Below are positions 1 to 41,015 of a stretch of 64,000 nt of DNA, piece by piece. The position numbers and the translations under genes were made by a program. This DNA comes from Macrostomum lignano (lineage: Eukaryota): positions 176,020-240,019 of the forward strand of contig NIVC01000719.1 of the NCBI GenBank assembly GCA_002269645.1, written 5' to 3'. Within the stretch, counting starts at the first letter, position 1. Every line of letters starts with the position of its first letter. Under the pieces are notes generated by a model. That model was not told the DNA's origin, made no database searches, and saw only the letters and a program-made list of their open reading frames with translations.

Positions 1-219
1 CTGAGCACACTGATTCTGAGCACACTGAATCTAAGCACACTGATTCTGAGCACACTGAATTTAAGCACACTGATTCTGAGCATACTGATTCTGAGCATAC
101 TGATTCTGAGCACACTGATTCTGAGCACACTGATTCTGAGCACACTGATTCTGAGCACACTGATTCTGAGCACACTAAATCTGAGCACACTGATTCTGAG
201 CACACTGATTCTGAGCACA
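1..219. repeat. 15-bp minisatellite CTGAGCACACTGATT
   Basis: About 14 tandem copies, truncated by the window edge. Confidence 0.95.
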
Positions 220-600
220 ATATTTTGGGCCAAAGTCACCATCAAGAATAAAGTATATAAAAGTAATTTTAATAGTTTTAGCCCCCAATTAAATAGTGGA
301 AGTGCTGTGCTAAAAAGTACTAAAACCTACTGCTCATGCAATTGCAATTAAATAGGCCAATTCCGGAATAATCCAGACTGGACGACAAAAAGCAGCGCGC
401 TCCCAGAATCCGGCCAGACCGATGGGGATGGGCAAACGGAGTCTGGGCTTCATCCCGTTCGGTCATCAATTTCACAGTGTTTTTTTATCACAAAAATCGG
501 TTTTCACCAGCACTTTGGGAAATTAAACTTCTGCTCGCAGTAAAGGCTTCTCAATATTTGTTTATCCCATTAATTTTTTTCCTAAGCCAAAGCAGCTCAC

Positions 601-7924
<7,324 letters not shown>

Positions 7925-9794
7925 TTTGAAGGGTTGTACACAAAGGTATTCGCTTTAGATTATTCTACATTAATTTTTTTCGAAGCAAGATTCGTGGCTT
8001 CAGCTAAAGAGATGTCCTAACAGATAAAATGTCGCCCCTTTTGAGTAGATAGCGATAGGGCACAAATACATTACTTGAGCTTGGCCACGGGAGCTCATCT
8101 TCTTGCGTTGGATGTGTGAAGGAGAGGATTGAATTTATTAATTGTAACCTTTCATAAATTTATGCAAAGCCCATATGATAATTCTATACAATGGCAAATG
8201 CTATGAGTATTACTAAACCACAAACTTTAAATCCATTTCGTTCTGTCTTTATACATGCACTTCATAATTTTCCATTGCCCCAGGAATCATCACTTTTCTT
8301 AGTTTCTATAACACTAATAAGAAAAAATGCTTTGGTCTAGCAACAAACAATAACACATAGTATACATGAATAATAAAGGCAAAAACAGAAAACCTACTTC
8401 GCACGTGTCAATGAGAAATACTTAAACAAGAGAGAAAACTTCCCAATTATCCATAAATGGTTTCCAAATATAGTATAGAGGCTAATGCTCATGAATATCA
8501 AATTTGTCTTTAATGGTTTATAAAATAAACACAGTTCTTCAAAGATATGAAAATATAAAAGAAACCTTGGTCTCTTAAATTAAAAAAAATAAATTTAAAT
8601 GTAAGACAAAATCAGCACAATTAAATTAAACTACTCTAAAACTATACAAAGACTAGGAAGTATCCTATTTTAAAAAGAACAATTTTGTGCTTATAGATTC
8701 AAAATAATATACGTCAGCAGCATCAAAAAGTATATAAGTATGTAACTGTTCAAATTCTAATGAATAGATACGAATAGATGAATATTCGAATTTTAGGCAT
8801 CAATCTCTGGGAACAAAATAAAAAATTCTGCACACAGCTTTGTGCAAATCTTTTGATAGTTTACATCGGCGACGATCTGCACTTTAAAAAAGGCATTAAG
8901 CTGATCGGATTCGTTCGTTATCAAATTCTATCTTTTTAAAGTAGACAGTCTGAAGAGAGAGATTGGTTTATAAAATTTCTGCAAACAAAACAATAAGACT
9001 TAAATCTTAGTTTATAGCGAGCTCGGTTATCATACAGTTCTTATTTGAGTTTTCGCTGTAAAGGAGCAGCACAAATAGAGCAGTGAGTACTAAAAAACAA
9101 TTAAATTAACTTTCTAAAATAAAAACAAAAGCCAATAAGAAATTCTGTCACTTGAGAAGTTTTTTCAATTTTTCATTTGTTATAGCTAAGTAATAAGCAA
9201 ATGACAGACCGTGAAGACCTGCTTGCAAGACAATAAATTTACGTGAAAATGTAGTTAAATAAGAAGATTTCATGTTATTTCCAGTGAAATTACGGCCTAA
9301 ATATTTGAGAATTGCGATTTCGATCGTTCAATTTATCGAAAAGACGAAAACAATCGATCATGGTGTAAATAAACAGTATAAATTTTGGCGTCAATTTAAA
9401 GATAGTTTCCCCGTTGAGCGCGCGCAGTAGTGATCTTATGAAGGGAACCATAAATAAAACTATTATTTTTTAGCTTGAATAGTCTGATTGCAAAGGCTAC
9501 ATAGGACGTTGTTTCTCTTTGAAAAACTATTGCATTTATAATCATCACTTAGGTCTGACACAAAAGTATCTAGATAAATGAATTGAATTCAAACTGTTAG
9601 CCAGTTAGGCCACTTCTGCATTAAAATCGGTTTAGTCCTTGATGCAGCGGTTACAAAACTATAAATAATTACTGTTGCCTATTTATAATATAACCGACAG
9701 GCTACCAAATTACAATTGCTGCCGTATTACAAGTATATTGTTGCAGTCCTCAAATTGAAACAGTTTTTCAAAATCTAAAAGAATAATATCAAGC

Positions 9795-12700
9795 ATGGAA
9801 TTGAGTGGAAAGCTTCAAAACAAAATTAGGGTAAGCCTGGTTTAAATCTATTTCCTTAAATTTTATTGTTAGGTAAATGCATAACATAAAACTTCATTTT
9901 TCTATTATTATTGTAATAAATAAAATATGTAAGAATAGCCATAGGCCTAATTTAATCTAGGTCAGGTCTTTAGGCTTAAGGCACTTAATCTAACCTGACT
10001 AGTTAACCAGTTAAACAAAATTAAATAGGCCCTAGCTCAATCTAGTTTTAATTAATAGTTAGAAAAATATATAAAAGTATTAGAACATAATTATAATTAA
10101 AACTAAAAAATATATGAGAATCCTTTTATTTATTTATATTAAACAAAAAAATTATTAATTAATGGTCCATGGATATATCCACTAAAATGCAGAAGCAGAT
10201 ATAGAAGTTGATGTGGAATGTTTGTTTGAATGATATGGAAGGAGATATAGATATTAGGCCTAATCTAAGTTGTACAAGTGGCTATTAAATAAGCTGAAGC
10301 AATTATTTATGATGCCAAAAATAGCAAAAATCATGCCTATGCTATTATGATTATAAGTATGGCAAAATCATATAGCTACAAAAAATGCTATTAGTATAAA
10401 TTCCAAATTCTAAAAATATTGATTCTAACCTTATTAGCCTATTAACAATGGTCCCTGGACATTTCGGTGATAGCCTTTTTGGTGACAATTTAGGATGTTT
10501 CGGTGACAAATTTAGACAATTTGGTGACACATTTTAAAAATATAAGTTAATTTTGTTTGTAATATAATATACTCATGAACAAGAGTTAATACTTAAAACT
10601 CATCGTATTTTATTGTTTTATATTGATTTCGTCATTGATATACTGACTTTGTTATATCTAGTTCAGTCAGCCAAGGTGACACATGGCAAGCCGCTTATTT
10701 TACACACTGCATCATTATACGACATAATCTGCATTGATATACCTATATCCAGGGCAACATGTAGCATATTTTTATTGCACAATTGATGCAAACAAAAGTT
10801 ATGGTTGTATATGTACATACTATACTTTACATGTATATCAGTATCGTATTATCTTCTGATGATTGCAAATGTTATTTTTAATATATTATTTCAATGCACA
10901 TTACAAATTTCAATAATTTTATGGCTACTCCATATATAATGGCAGCTTTCTGAATTGGAATATCAGTTTTACAGATTACATGTACCTGTATACATGTACA
11001 TATAAACCATGCAAGAAATGACTTCAGATTTTGAATTTTGGAAAGATCAGTTACTCTAGGTAGAAAAAAAACAAAAAAGTTTGGACCTCCAACTAGCTAT
11101 TTCCTGGGGGACATTGGGATTTGGTATGACTATCAGCTACTATGATACTATGACTAGACTTATGACATGACTAAGAGTATGATGATATGATGCTATGATC
11201 ATGACTATGGCTATAATCACATTATGACAATGGCGGGTTTACATGTATATAAGCTACTGAAAAGCAACGCAGTGGCATTTCCACAATTTTTTCCAAGGCG
11301 GGCCGGGCCCCACAGCCGTCAGCCCCAGCTAGCTGGTGTGGCTGGTGGTGCACCTCAGATATTTTTCCACTGGGATGTAGCTGCTCCAATTTTGCTCTTT
11401 TTGGGTTTGTGTGAGAACAATGCAAGTTGCTATACATGTACATGTGCTGCATTGTACATGTGTAAATAAACATGCAGCATGCATAGGGTTAAGGAGATGT
11501 ATAGGAAGGAAATACAGCAATGATTTAGTGCAATGTTAAAATTTGCGAAATTCGTGTCTCATGGGAAAGGTAATTAAGGATGAATTCTTGCTGAGTTCAA
11601 AAAGGATCACGTTAGAGCTTAAAGAGAAATGAGAGACTAACAGTAAATACATTTGCTCCACACTTTGGTAGACCGATAATTGCCTATTGCTGACCAGAGT
11701 GACTAGGAAAGTCAAAGGAAAGATGGGGGAAAGGATGCAAAGCCACATTGAGCTACCAGGTAATAAATTGTATAATTTGTTTTTCAAAGCTTGCTTAAAT
11801 GCAGGGACAACTTGTCTCCATGCTTAAACATTTGTTGCTATGTTACATGTAAATTGGCAAGTCCAGTATTTAATCTTTCTTTATTGTTTGATTGATATTA
11901 GCACCTTTGATGGTTCAATTTTGCAGAACAGTAAGCTTGTTGAGTAAACCAATTGTGCTTACTGGGATTTCAATATCTTCATGCATTTACTAACAATGCA
12001 AATTCTAGAATGGCAAGTACCAATGATTTGGTTGTACGTTTGCTACCATTCTAAAGCAAAATCATTGTTAGCAGCGAAGCATTGTGCTCACAGTGATATA
12101 ATATTTGTTCTTGCCACACTATTTGGGTTAGCAAAGTAGAACAAACAGATCGCGAATGAAATATGAATGTGCATGAATTTAAAGACTCTTTTTGACGTAA
12201 ATTTCTTTGACTTTGCAATAATCAATAAGGCCCAGGACCTACTAAATCATAAGCCCTTAACTTTCATAAAATAAATTTAAGTGTAGAGATATAACAAAGT
12301 CAGTGACAAAATCAACACAAAAACAATAAAGATACAAAAAGTTATACTTTACAAATTGGTTCTGGTTCTGGAAACTAGAACAAGCAATATGAAAAGGCTC
12401 CTTGTCACCAAAGTGTCCAAAATTGTCACCAAAAAGGCTGTCATAAAATGTCTTATCACTGAAATGTCCAGGGACCTTAACAATAGGCTATAGGCATTTT
12501 TCTCCTTTTTATGTCATTTTCCTAGAATTCATACTAATAGGATATTTGTGGCTATGATTTTGCCATATTTATATAAGTTGCAGTCATAATATCATAGGCA
12601 AGGTTTTTGCTACTTTTGGGATTATAAATCATTGCATTTAAGCTTGTCTAATAGCCATCTATGCAATTTAGAATAATATCTGTATCCACTTCTATAATTT

Positions 12701-15700
12701 AGGAAAATATTCTATCTTCTGAATTTTAGCAAACATTCTGTATCTGCTCTTATATTTTAATACATATATATATATATATATATATATATGCAACCTTTGG
12801 AATCACCTGGCAAGCTATATTGTATCTATATTGTATCTATACTATTCCTACTATTCAATGCAATATTATTATTGGTTAAATGTGTATAATGATGATAATA
12901 ATTTAAGGAAAAAACTATTATATAATTAAGTTACACTTAGAGATGTAGCCACCATGTCTATAATCCAAAAACTTATTAAAACATCAGTTGTATAACTAAT
13001 AGTGATTTAGGCTTATACCTAATAGGCATGGCCAAGCCACTGTGTCTATGATATTAAAGCTTATAAACATAGCTACCATGTCTATACAATATAGAATATG
13101 TCTCATACTGGAAATAGTGGCTGGTTCAATGAAGTTTCTATAGCATTAGTAGTTATGTTATTAATATTGAATGAGTTCATACTTAGAGACATAGAGGGTG
13201 CCATGCTCCTAATATAGTCTATTTGACACTGGAGATAGTGGGAGTCTTTATTGCCAAAATTTAAAGCAACAACCATGTATGTTTACATGGTAGATGCAGC
13301 TATAAGCTCCTACATTATAGACATGGCCACTATCTCTATAAGTACTCTATATATAAAAAATTGAGCTTGTTAGTAATTTAATATGTATCAAATATAAATA
13401 TGAGAATATTGTAGTCAGGTATAGTCACATAGTCACAAAGCTTGACTTTGTGACAAGATTTTGATAATAAAGATCAAGATTGAGATCTTGTCTAACCTCT
13501 AGCTTAAAGACAAAACAGCTTTGTCTAGCAGATCAATAAAATAGCCTGCTCCACTGACTTGTGAGCACACACAAGCACATGGATAAGTTATAGTTTTGCA
13601 GTCCTAGGCCCATGGGAAAGACTTGAATATATTTGAACAAATAATAAATTTACTTGTTTAAATACTATATCTTTGCAATACTTTCATACTTTATACAATA
13701 GATACTGGATAGAGAGTTATTTCATGAACCCAAATTTTGTCAATTTGTTGACTGTCTTTAATAAGCTTGAAATTTCAGAATATCAGAATTTCATTATGTT
13801 AAACTATTTTGGAGAGATACTACATAATAGATAGGAGGCTTCACAAACTAGAAATTTTATAATGTTAAATTTTACTAGAAAGATAAAAGACTATTCAACT
13901 TAGACTCTTAGATTATTAATGGTCAGTACAGTCATACGCGCGCAACCTTGGGAATCACCCGGCCGTTTCTATTGGCAACACACACATGTAAGTCGCTATT
14001 GGCTGAGAGCAGTCACGTGACTACTATTCTGTCCAATAGCGACATACACGTGTGTGTTGCCAATAGAAACGGCCGAGTGAATCCCAAGGTTGCGCCCAAG
14101 CATGAGTACAGTATTGATTGTGTAGCAGAATGAATTACATTAAAAAATTTATCTATTGCATAACATACACTATTTTCACAGGCTGCTATCAAGAGTAAAC
14201 TAACCGAGCTAGGAGCTTACGTTGATGACGAACTACCCGACTACATAATGGTGATGGTGGCGAATAGAAAAGGCAAGGACCACATGGCCAAGGATCTCGC
14301 ACTATTTCTCGGCCAGAATACGTCGCAGTTTATTGATTGGCTGCATTCAGCTCTGGCCCGGTTAGAAGCTGGCGGCGAGGCGGACTTGCCACAGGCCGCT
14401 GCCGCTGCTACTGCCGCCGTTACTTCTGCTCCCAGTGATAGCAAAGAGAAACCGGCTGCCGGAGCTTCAGTCACATCAGCGCCTGTTTCTGCTTCAAAAC
14501 AGCAGCAACAGCAACAGAAGCAACAGCCGCCATCTGCGCCACAGACCACAAAATCCGCTGCCGCTCCTGTCGCTACGCCGCCGCCTCCACCACCGCCTCC
14601 GCCGCCTTCATCATCGTCGTCGTCACAGGCGCAGCCAGCAGCGCCGCCGGCGACAACTTCCAGCGCCAACGATGCATCGGCGGACGCCAACAGACGGCGC
14701 CGTGGCCCGCCCAGATCGCCGAGTCCGCCGCCTTCTTCTACAACTGCCATCAGGCGACAATCTTCGTCTGGCGGCGGCGGCGGCAGTCGGCGTGCTGGCG
14801 AACGCGAACGGAATCGGAGCGGCCGACGTGCCGGAGGCGGAACCCGCCGCGGTTCGAGGTCGAGATCGAGGTCAAGGTCAAGGTCGCGCGATCGCAATAG
14901 AACTGGCGGTGAACTCGAATCGAAGCGAAATCGAAACGGTGCCCCGGTAAGAGCGTAGTTCGAGCTTTGTAGCAGCTCAGCTATGGTAGAACTACATGTT
15001 TGAATTGACTACTGACATTATTTATAAAATTAGTAAATTTATGTTTTTTTTTTTTTTTCTACAGGTAAAAACTAAGAATATGCTAATGCAAGCAATGTCG
15101 CAAGCGGAATCGTCGCTGAAATCTACTACTATTACTACTACTACTACTACTAGTAGTAGTACAGCTACTGCTAAGCGGGAACGACCGGAACCTACTGTTC
15201 CGTTAGAGTCGGACTCTGATAAGACTCAGGCTCAGCAGTCAGCTGTGACGGCCGCTACTAATGCGCCGCCAGCGGATGCCGGAGCGAATGGCGCCAGTGG
15301 CGGATTAAGCGAGCGAATCCGCGACAGGCTGGGCGAGCAGCGGCCAGCCCGCTCGCCGGGTTCACGATCCCGCTCCCGTTCGCCAAATCAACAGCAGCCG
15401 TCTTCGTCTACCGACAGGCATCGGCGAAGTCGTCGCGGGCATCATCAACGTCGGCAGCATCGGCGACATCGCCGCGACGACAGTCGCAGTCCCAGTCGAA
15501 GCCGGAGCCGCAGCGGCGGGCGTCGTCGACGGCGTTCGTCGCGCGACAATCGTCAGCGTCGGTCGAGTCGCGGCGGCGGTGACGGCGGCAAATCTCGATC
15601 AGCTGATAAAGCCGCAGCGGCAGTAGCAGAGACTGAAGAGACAAAGAAGGTCGTCCTGACCTCGTCCACTGCGGCATCGACCTCATCGACGGCAGTAGCA

Positions 15701-16546
15701 GTTACGCCATCGATTTCAGCAGCTTCAACTGCCGTGACGACTACGTCAACTGCCGAGCCGCAGTTTGTGGTGACCTTAACTGGTGCTGGCGATAAGTATC
15801 GCCTTCTGGCAGACCGTCTTGGCCAGCAGCAGCCGCCTGTTGGCAATGACAACAATAATAAAACTGATATGGAGGCTCAAGACGATGTCGGAGATTTGGA
15901 TCGTCTGGCCGAAGAGATTATCGAATTTGAAGAATTCGAAGAGGAATTACCCTTGGCTAATTCCTACAAGCTGCTTATTGGGGGTAAGTCGCTATTTGCT
16001 GTCAAGAGGGGATGGGGTAGTAGCATCCCACCTGAGTACCGGTGATGGGGCAGTAGCACCCCACCTGAGTACCGGTGATGGGGTAGTAGCACCCCATCTG
16101 AGTACCGGTGATGGGGTAGTAGCACCCCATCTGAGTACCGGTGATGGGGTAGTAGCACCCCATCTGAGTACCGGTGATGGGGTAGTAGCACCCCACCTGA
16201 GTACCGGTGATGGGGTAGTAGCACCCCACCTGAGTACCGGTGATGGGGTAGTAGCACCCCATCTGAGTACCGGTGATGGGGTAGTAGCACCCTCAGAAAA
16301 TTCAACCTTATCTACATGTATTTCATTTATTAATACGGACATTACCCCCTCATTATATTAATGCTTGTTTTGAGCTGCCACTCAACCCAACCAATGTTTG
16401 GGCCAATTTGTTTCGGCAGTCAAGCACAAGCAGATAGTATTTTATTGGACAGTTTGTTTGTGTTCAAGTTTTTTTACCATTTCGGATACTTGTAAATAAA
16501 GTGTATCCGACTATGGGAACTCACTGTCTGGACATATTATTGTTTG

Positions 16547-16595
<49 letters not shown>

Positions 16596-18801
16596 CTAGA
16601 ATGCCCGATACGAGCGCAATGCCAATATTGTTGGATTTAAACAGCTCTCTGAATATTACTAAATTGAGGAATCAGCTGTAAACATATTGGCAAATAGTGA
16701 AATAGTCTGCACTATTACACCAATACTGCACATTTACTAATGCAATTTTGGTTAGCAACGGCAGGTACATTAATTATTATAGTTGTTTGGTTATCTTGTT
16801 GTTGGCCAATCTCTCTCTTGCTGTGGTCGCTGAAAAATTTGACAAAATTTAATATTGGCGACTTCAGTTCATAATGAATTGGCAGATTGTTAAATGTATC
16901 TCTGTTCTCATTACACTGGCTTGTCTCTTCTGCGGATTATAAAGTGAGACTTTTTGCCGGCTTGTCTGAATAGAGACATTCTATCTATTTAGCCTAATTT
17001 CCCTGGTGTTTTTCTAGGTATTTCCCTGGTGGTTTCCTAGGGATTTCCCTGGTGGTTTTCTAGGGATTTCCCTAGTGGTTTTCTAGGTGTTTCCCTAGGT
17101 TTTCTAGGGGTTTCCCTAACGGTTTTCTAGGTATTTCCCTAGTGGTTTTCTAGGAATTTCCCTAGTGGTTTTCTAGGTGTTTCCCTAATGGTTTTCTAGG
17201 GGTTTCCCTGACGGTTTTCTAGGTATTTCCCTGGTGCTTTCTAAGAATTTCCCTGGTGGTTTCCTAGGGATTTCTCTTGTGTTTTTCAAAGGATTTTCCT
17301 GATGGTTTTCTAGGGATTTCCCTGACGGTTTTCTAGGATTTGCCTGATGGTTTTCTAGTGGTTTCCCTAATTGTTTTCTAAGGGTTCCCTGACGGCTTTC
17401 TAGGTATTTCCCTGTTGCTTTCTAAGAATTTCCCTGGTGGTTTCCTAGGGATTTCCCTGGTGGTTTTCTAGGGATTTCCCTGGTGTTTTTCAAGGGGTTT
17501 TCCTGATAGTTTTCTAGGGATTTTTTCTCTGACGGTTTTCTAGGGATTTCCCTGGTGTTTTTTCTACGGATTTCCCTGACGGTTTTCTAGGGATTTCCCT
17601 GGTGGTTTTTTAGGGATTGGATTTCCCTGATGGTTTTCTAGTGTTTCCCTAATGGTTTTTCTAGGGGTTTCCTTGATGGTTTTCTAGGGTTTTCGCTGTT
17701 GTTTTTTCTCGGAGTTTCCCTGATGGTTTTCTAGGGGTTTACCCGACGGTTTTGTAGGGTTTTCCCTTATGTTTTTCTAAGGTTTAGATTTAGAAACAGG
17801 GTACCATTTTCAAAATCTGGGTGTCATTTTCACACTCAGTGTCTCTTATACCAACTCAGTGAATCATTTTGGAATTTTTAGCAGTATTTAAAAGTTCATT
17901 ACTAAAGAATTTTTATCTACTAGCTGCTCAGTTTTAATAAGGATAAGCAGTTCTCAGCAGACCGCTCACTGGCACTAGTTTATCTCCGTATTGCCATTTA
18001 TTTATCCATCGCAGACTCGGACACCGAGGACGAGCAGAGTCCCTACAAACGCGCCGCCACAACCGCTGTAGCAGCCCAGGGCCAGCAGCAGCAGGCGGCG
18101 CTCAGCAAGCAGCAGCGCTGCCGCTACTGGCCAGTCTGCAAGTCCGGCCAGGCCTGCCCCTACTGGCACCCAACCGAGCCGTGCAAAGCTTTTCCTAATT
18201 GTAAATTCGGCAACGCCTGCCTCTACGTGCATCCGCCCTGCCGATACCAGGCGATGTGCGCCAACCCGGTGTGCCCCTTCACCCATGGTGGCAGGCCGGC
18301 CGCCGTGCCGGCCCAGCAACCCGCCACCGCAGTGACCGGCCGGCCCGCCGCCGCCGCCCAAGTGAAATGTCGATTTTATCCCAATTGCAACAACGTGTCC
18401 TGCCCGTTCTATCATCCGACTACTATGTGCCGCTACGGCCTGGCTTGTACCAATCAGCAGACCTGTCTGTTTAGCCACCCCAGCGCGCCTAGCCGTAATA
18501 AACTAGTCTGGACTAAACAGGCTCAGTCTGCTGCTCCCGCCGCTGCTCAGGGGTGAGTTGCCACTACTACTACTAATACAACCAACTACTACTACTACTA
18601 TTACTACTACTACTACTATTACTACTGCTACTACTATTACTACTACTACTACTATTACTATTACTACTACTACTACTACTACTACTACTACCAACTACTA
18701 CTACTACTATTACTACTGCTACTACTATTACTACTACTACTACTATTACTATTACTACTACTACTACTACTACCACTACTACCAACTACTACTACTACTA
18801 T

Positions 18802-18834
<33 letters not shown>

Positions 18835-19199
18835 CAACTACTACTACTACTACTACTACTACCAACTACTACTACTACTACTACTCATGGGTGAACAGGT
18901 TTATTTTTTCGATGAAATTTGACTTGTGTTTATTTATCACATTAAGAATCAGAAGTAATGAAGTGAAGTGAATACGTATATGAAGTGATGCTAAGATGAA
19001 TTTAAGTGTAGAAATAATTCTTTCATATCTCAAGGCTGATCCCAAATCAATTTCGAATTCTGTCAGGTCGGCAGGCCAGGCCGACGCCAGCTCCAACGAC
19101 AAGGCCGTGCCCGCTACCGCCGCCGCCGCCGCCGCCGCGGAATCGTTGACCACCGCAGCTGCAAAGTCATCGTCCGGCGGCGTTATCAAGCTGCGCTGA
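9795..19199 (+). CDS. ZC3H14: CCCH zinc-finger polyadenosine RNA-binding protein ZC3H14/Nab2 (5 exons, ~796 aa)
   Basis: Exons 9795-9830 (MELSGKLQNKIR|gtaagc), 14182-14946, 15065-15983, 18015-18552, 19067-19199; phase-compatible, 2391 nt. N-terminal PWI-like AAIKSKLTELGAYVDDELPDYIMVMVANRKGKDHMAKDLALFLGQNT matches the recalled ZC3H14 N-terminus. Five C-terminal CCCH fingers (CRYWPVC, CKAFPNC, CRYQAMC, CRFYPNC, CRYGLAC). Confidence 0.93.
10175..12765. mobile_element. Older degenerate foldback/long-TIR element, split by the 10450-12476 insertion
   Basis: ~10175-10440 and ~12485-12765 are diverged reverse complements (e.g. GGCAAAATCATATAGCTACA vs TGTGGCTATGATTTTGCC; ATAGCAAAAATCATGCCTATG vs CATAGGCAAGGTTTTTGCTAC). 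Confidence 0.7.
10450..12476. mobile_element. Non-autonomous TIR DNA transposon (2027 bp) with perfect 8-bp TSD
   Basis: Left end GGTCCCTGGACATTTCGGTGATAGCCTTTTTGGTGACAATT; right end is its reverse complement with a ~14-bp insertion, ending GAAATGTCCAGGGACC. TSD TTAACAAT at 10442-10449 and 12477-12484. Subterminal GGTGACA repeats at both ends; no transposase-length ORF. Confidence 0.9.
13940..14095. mobile_element. Palindromic MITE-like element (~156 bp)
   Basis: GCGCAACCTTGGGAATCACCCGGCCGTTTCTATTGGCAACACACAC...GTGTGTGTTGCCAATAGAAACGGCCGAGTGAATCCCAAGGTTGCGC, centred on GTCACGTGAC. A fragment of the same end occurs at ~12790-12812. No TSD identified. Confidence 0.7.
16012..16292. repeat. 33-bp minisatellite GATGGGGTAGTAGCACCCCA(C/T)CTGAGTACCGGT
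   Basis: About 8 copies just after the ZC3H14 exon 3 donor; each unit contains a GGGGT-ACCCC stem. Confidence 0.95.
16551..16592. repeat. (AT)n microsatellite
   Basis: Pure dinucleotide run; another lies at ~12765-12789. Confidence 0.95.
16995..17780. repeat. Degenerate ~22-bp array GGGATTTCCCTGGTGGTTTTCTA
   Basis: ZC3H14 intron 3. Confidence 0.9.
18561..18886. repeat. (ACT)n trinucleotide repeat
   Basis: Starts 8 nt after the ZC3H14 exon 4 donor. Confidence 0.97.
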
Positions 19200-20819
19200 A
19201 AGCTCGAGTGCGGCCAGTGTCATCATTTTTATATTGTTTGTATCAATATCTAGTTTCACTAAATAATCGAAAGAAGCTGAAAAAGACCCCTTTCTTAATA
19301 ATATAAAATCGCTCTACAGAACGCAAAACCTGCAGCACGCCTAGTGGTTTGTTTGCCCGTTTAATGCGTGTGTTGCCGGTGTCCACTTTAGCAAATTGTG
19401 CTATTTTAGCATAGTGAATAAGTTCCAGGGGATGCCTGGTTCTGTTTTTTTGGCACCTTAAGCAACTTTAATGACTACTTGTTCTGAATATTAATAAATA
19501 AACGCGCAAATTTCAATTTTCAATCCATACCGTGCAAGTCAATTTAATCAACTGCTAAGCTAAATGTAGATTGTTGGCTCCTAATAATTTACTTGTCCGT
19601 TATTGTTAATATTTTAATTGACTATTTGAAACTATGTTTTTGAGTTTGTCTTTTTTTACCTAGCTTAGAAAAGCTTTCGAAAACGAGAAAATCTCTCGAG
19701 TAATGTTCTCAAGTACAGTGCAGTACATGCAAAGGTATAAAGTTACATAACCTCATTTCGCCATAATGTGTGCTTCGCGAAGCCAACGATTCATTCGAAT
19801 ATGAGTAATTGCAAGCAAATATGGATTACTTAAGATCAATCAGTTTTAATAATTACTGTTCAATAAACAAATTGACATGATTAAAGAGAAAAATAATAAC
19901 GTAAATTCCTTTCAAAAAATTGACAAGTACACCAGCTGTTAAATCTTATGACGTGATGTTCCAGATCTGTAGCAAAAATTTAGAAGTGGGTAGTTGCGAA
20001 TATGCAATCACGTGCTGATCTGTCTTACTCTGCGTTCTTCACATCATCGCAAGCGGACTTGGCACCGATGTTACTGAGAAGATAACCAACACTCCAACAG
20101 TACCTGCCGTAAATTCTACGGCCGAAGCATTTTATTTAGAAATAAATTGAGCCGTTCATGCTAAAAATCTATCGCATATGGAAATCGATATGGGTATCTA
20201 TCGCATACATGTATATACAAATCATTTTTACTATATTAGGTTTTATCAATAATAAATTAACTGCACAAATTTATATAAAGCATTCAGACAAGCAAGTAAA
20301 GAAGTTTTGCATTGCCTTTATTATGTAAACCTCCGGACGATCTGCCTTAATTTTTTGATCAGTCATTAAAACAAAGCCTTAAATGACTAACTATTAAGAA
20401 TTCATACTTATTCGTTTAACTTAGTAAAATACGCTGAAGAGCTCTGTGTGATAGTTCCTAATAATTATAATGTCTTTACTAAAATCACGAAAAAATAGAT
20501 TGCAATCTTTTATAAGTCACGCTTTAGCTGGTTCGTTAAGATTGGCTACGATAAAAATACTCTAATTTTGGCAGGATTTTTTATTACAGGTCACGGATTT
20601 TTAACGCACTTGAAGTTACATTCAATGTTTTCATTCTTAGCAAAGCCATGAATACAGAATCTCAAAGATAACATTTAACCTATAGTAACTATGCATTACA
20701 AATATTTGATTTCCTGTGGATCAAGAGAAATAACTTTTATCTTAGTTATTTAAAATTAATAAGCATGTAGAACTTTCACGTCTTATCAAGTACTAATTGG
20801 GTGGTCCAAGCAACAAAAC

Positions 20820-41015
<20,196 letters not shown>

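Noticed and set aside
220-598. Candidate GPD2 terminal exon (LMTERD... or RLPIPIGLAG on the minus strand)
   Set aside because: No AG acceptor in the required phase and poor match to the expected C-terminus; the last exon probably lies left of the window.
11222-11787. Short ORFs inside the 2-kb transposon as a transposase
   Set aside because: All under 90 aa with no DDE/D or zinc-finger motif recognisable.
12935-13345. Second degenerate inverted repeat (ATGTAGCCACCATGTCTATAAT / ATTATAGACATGGCCACTATCT)
   Set aside because: Probably another old foldback remnant, but too decayed to delimit ends or a TSD.
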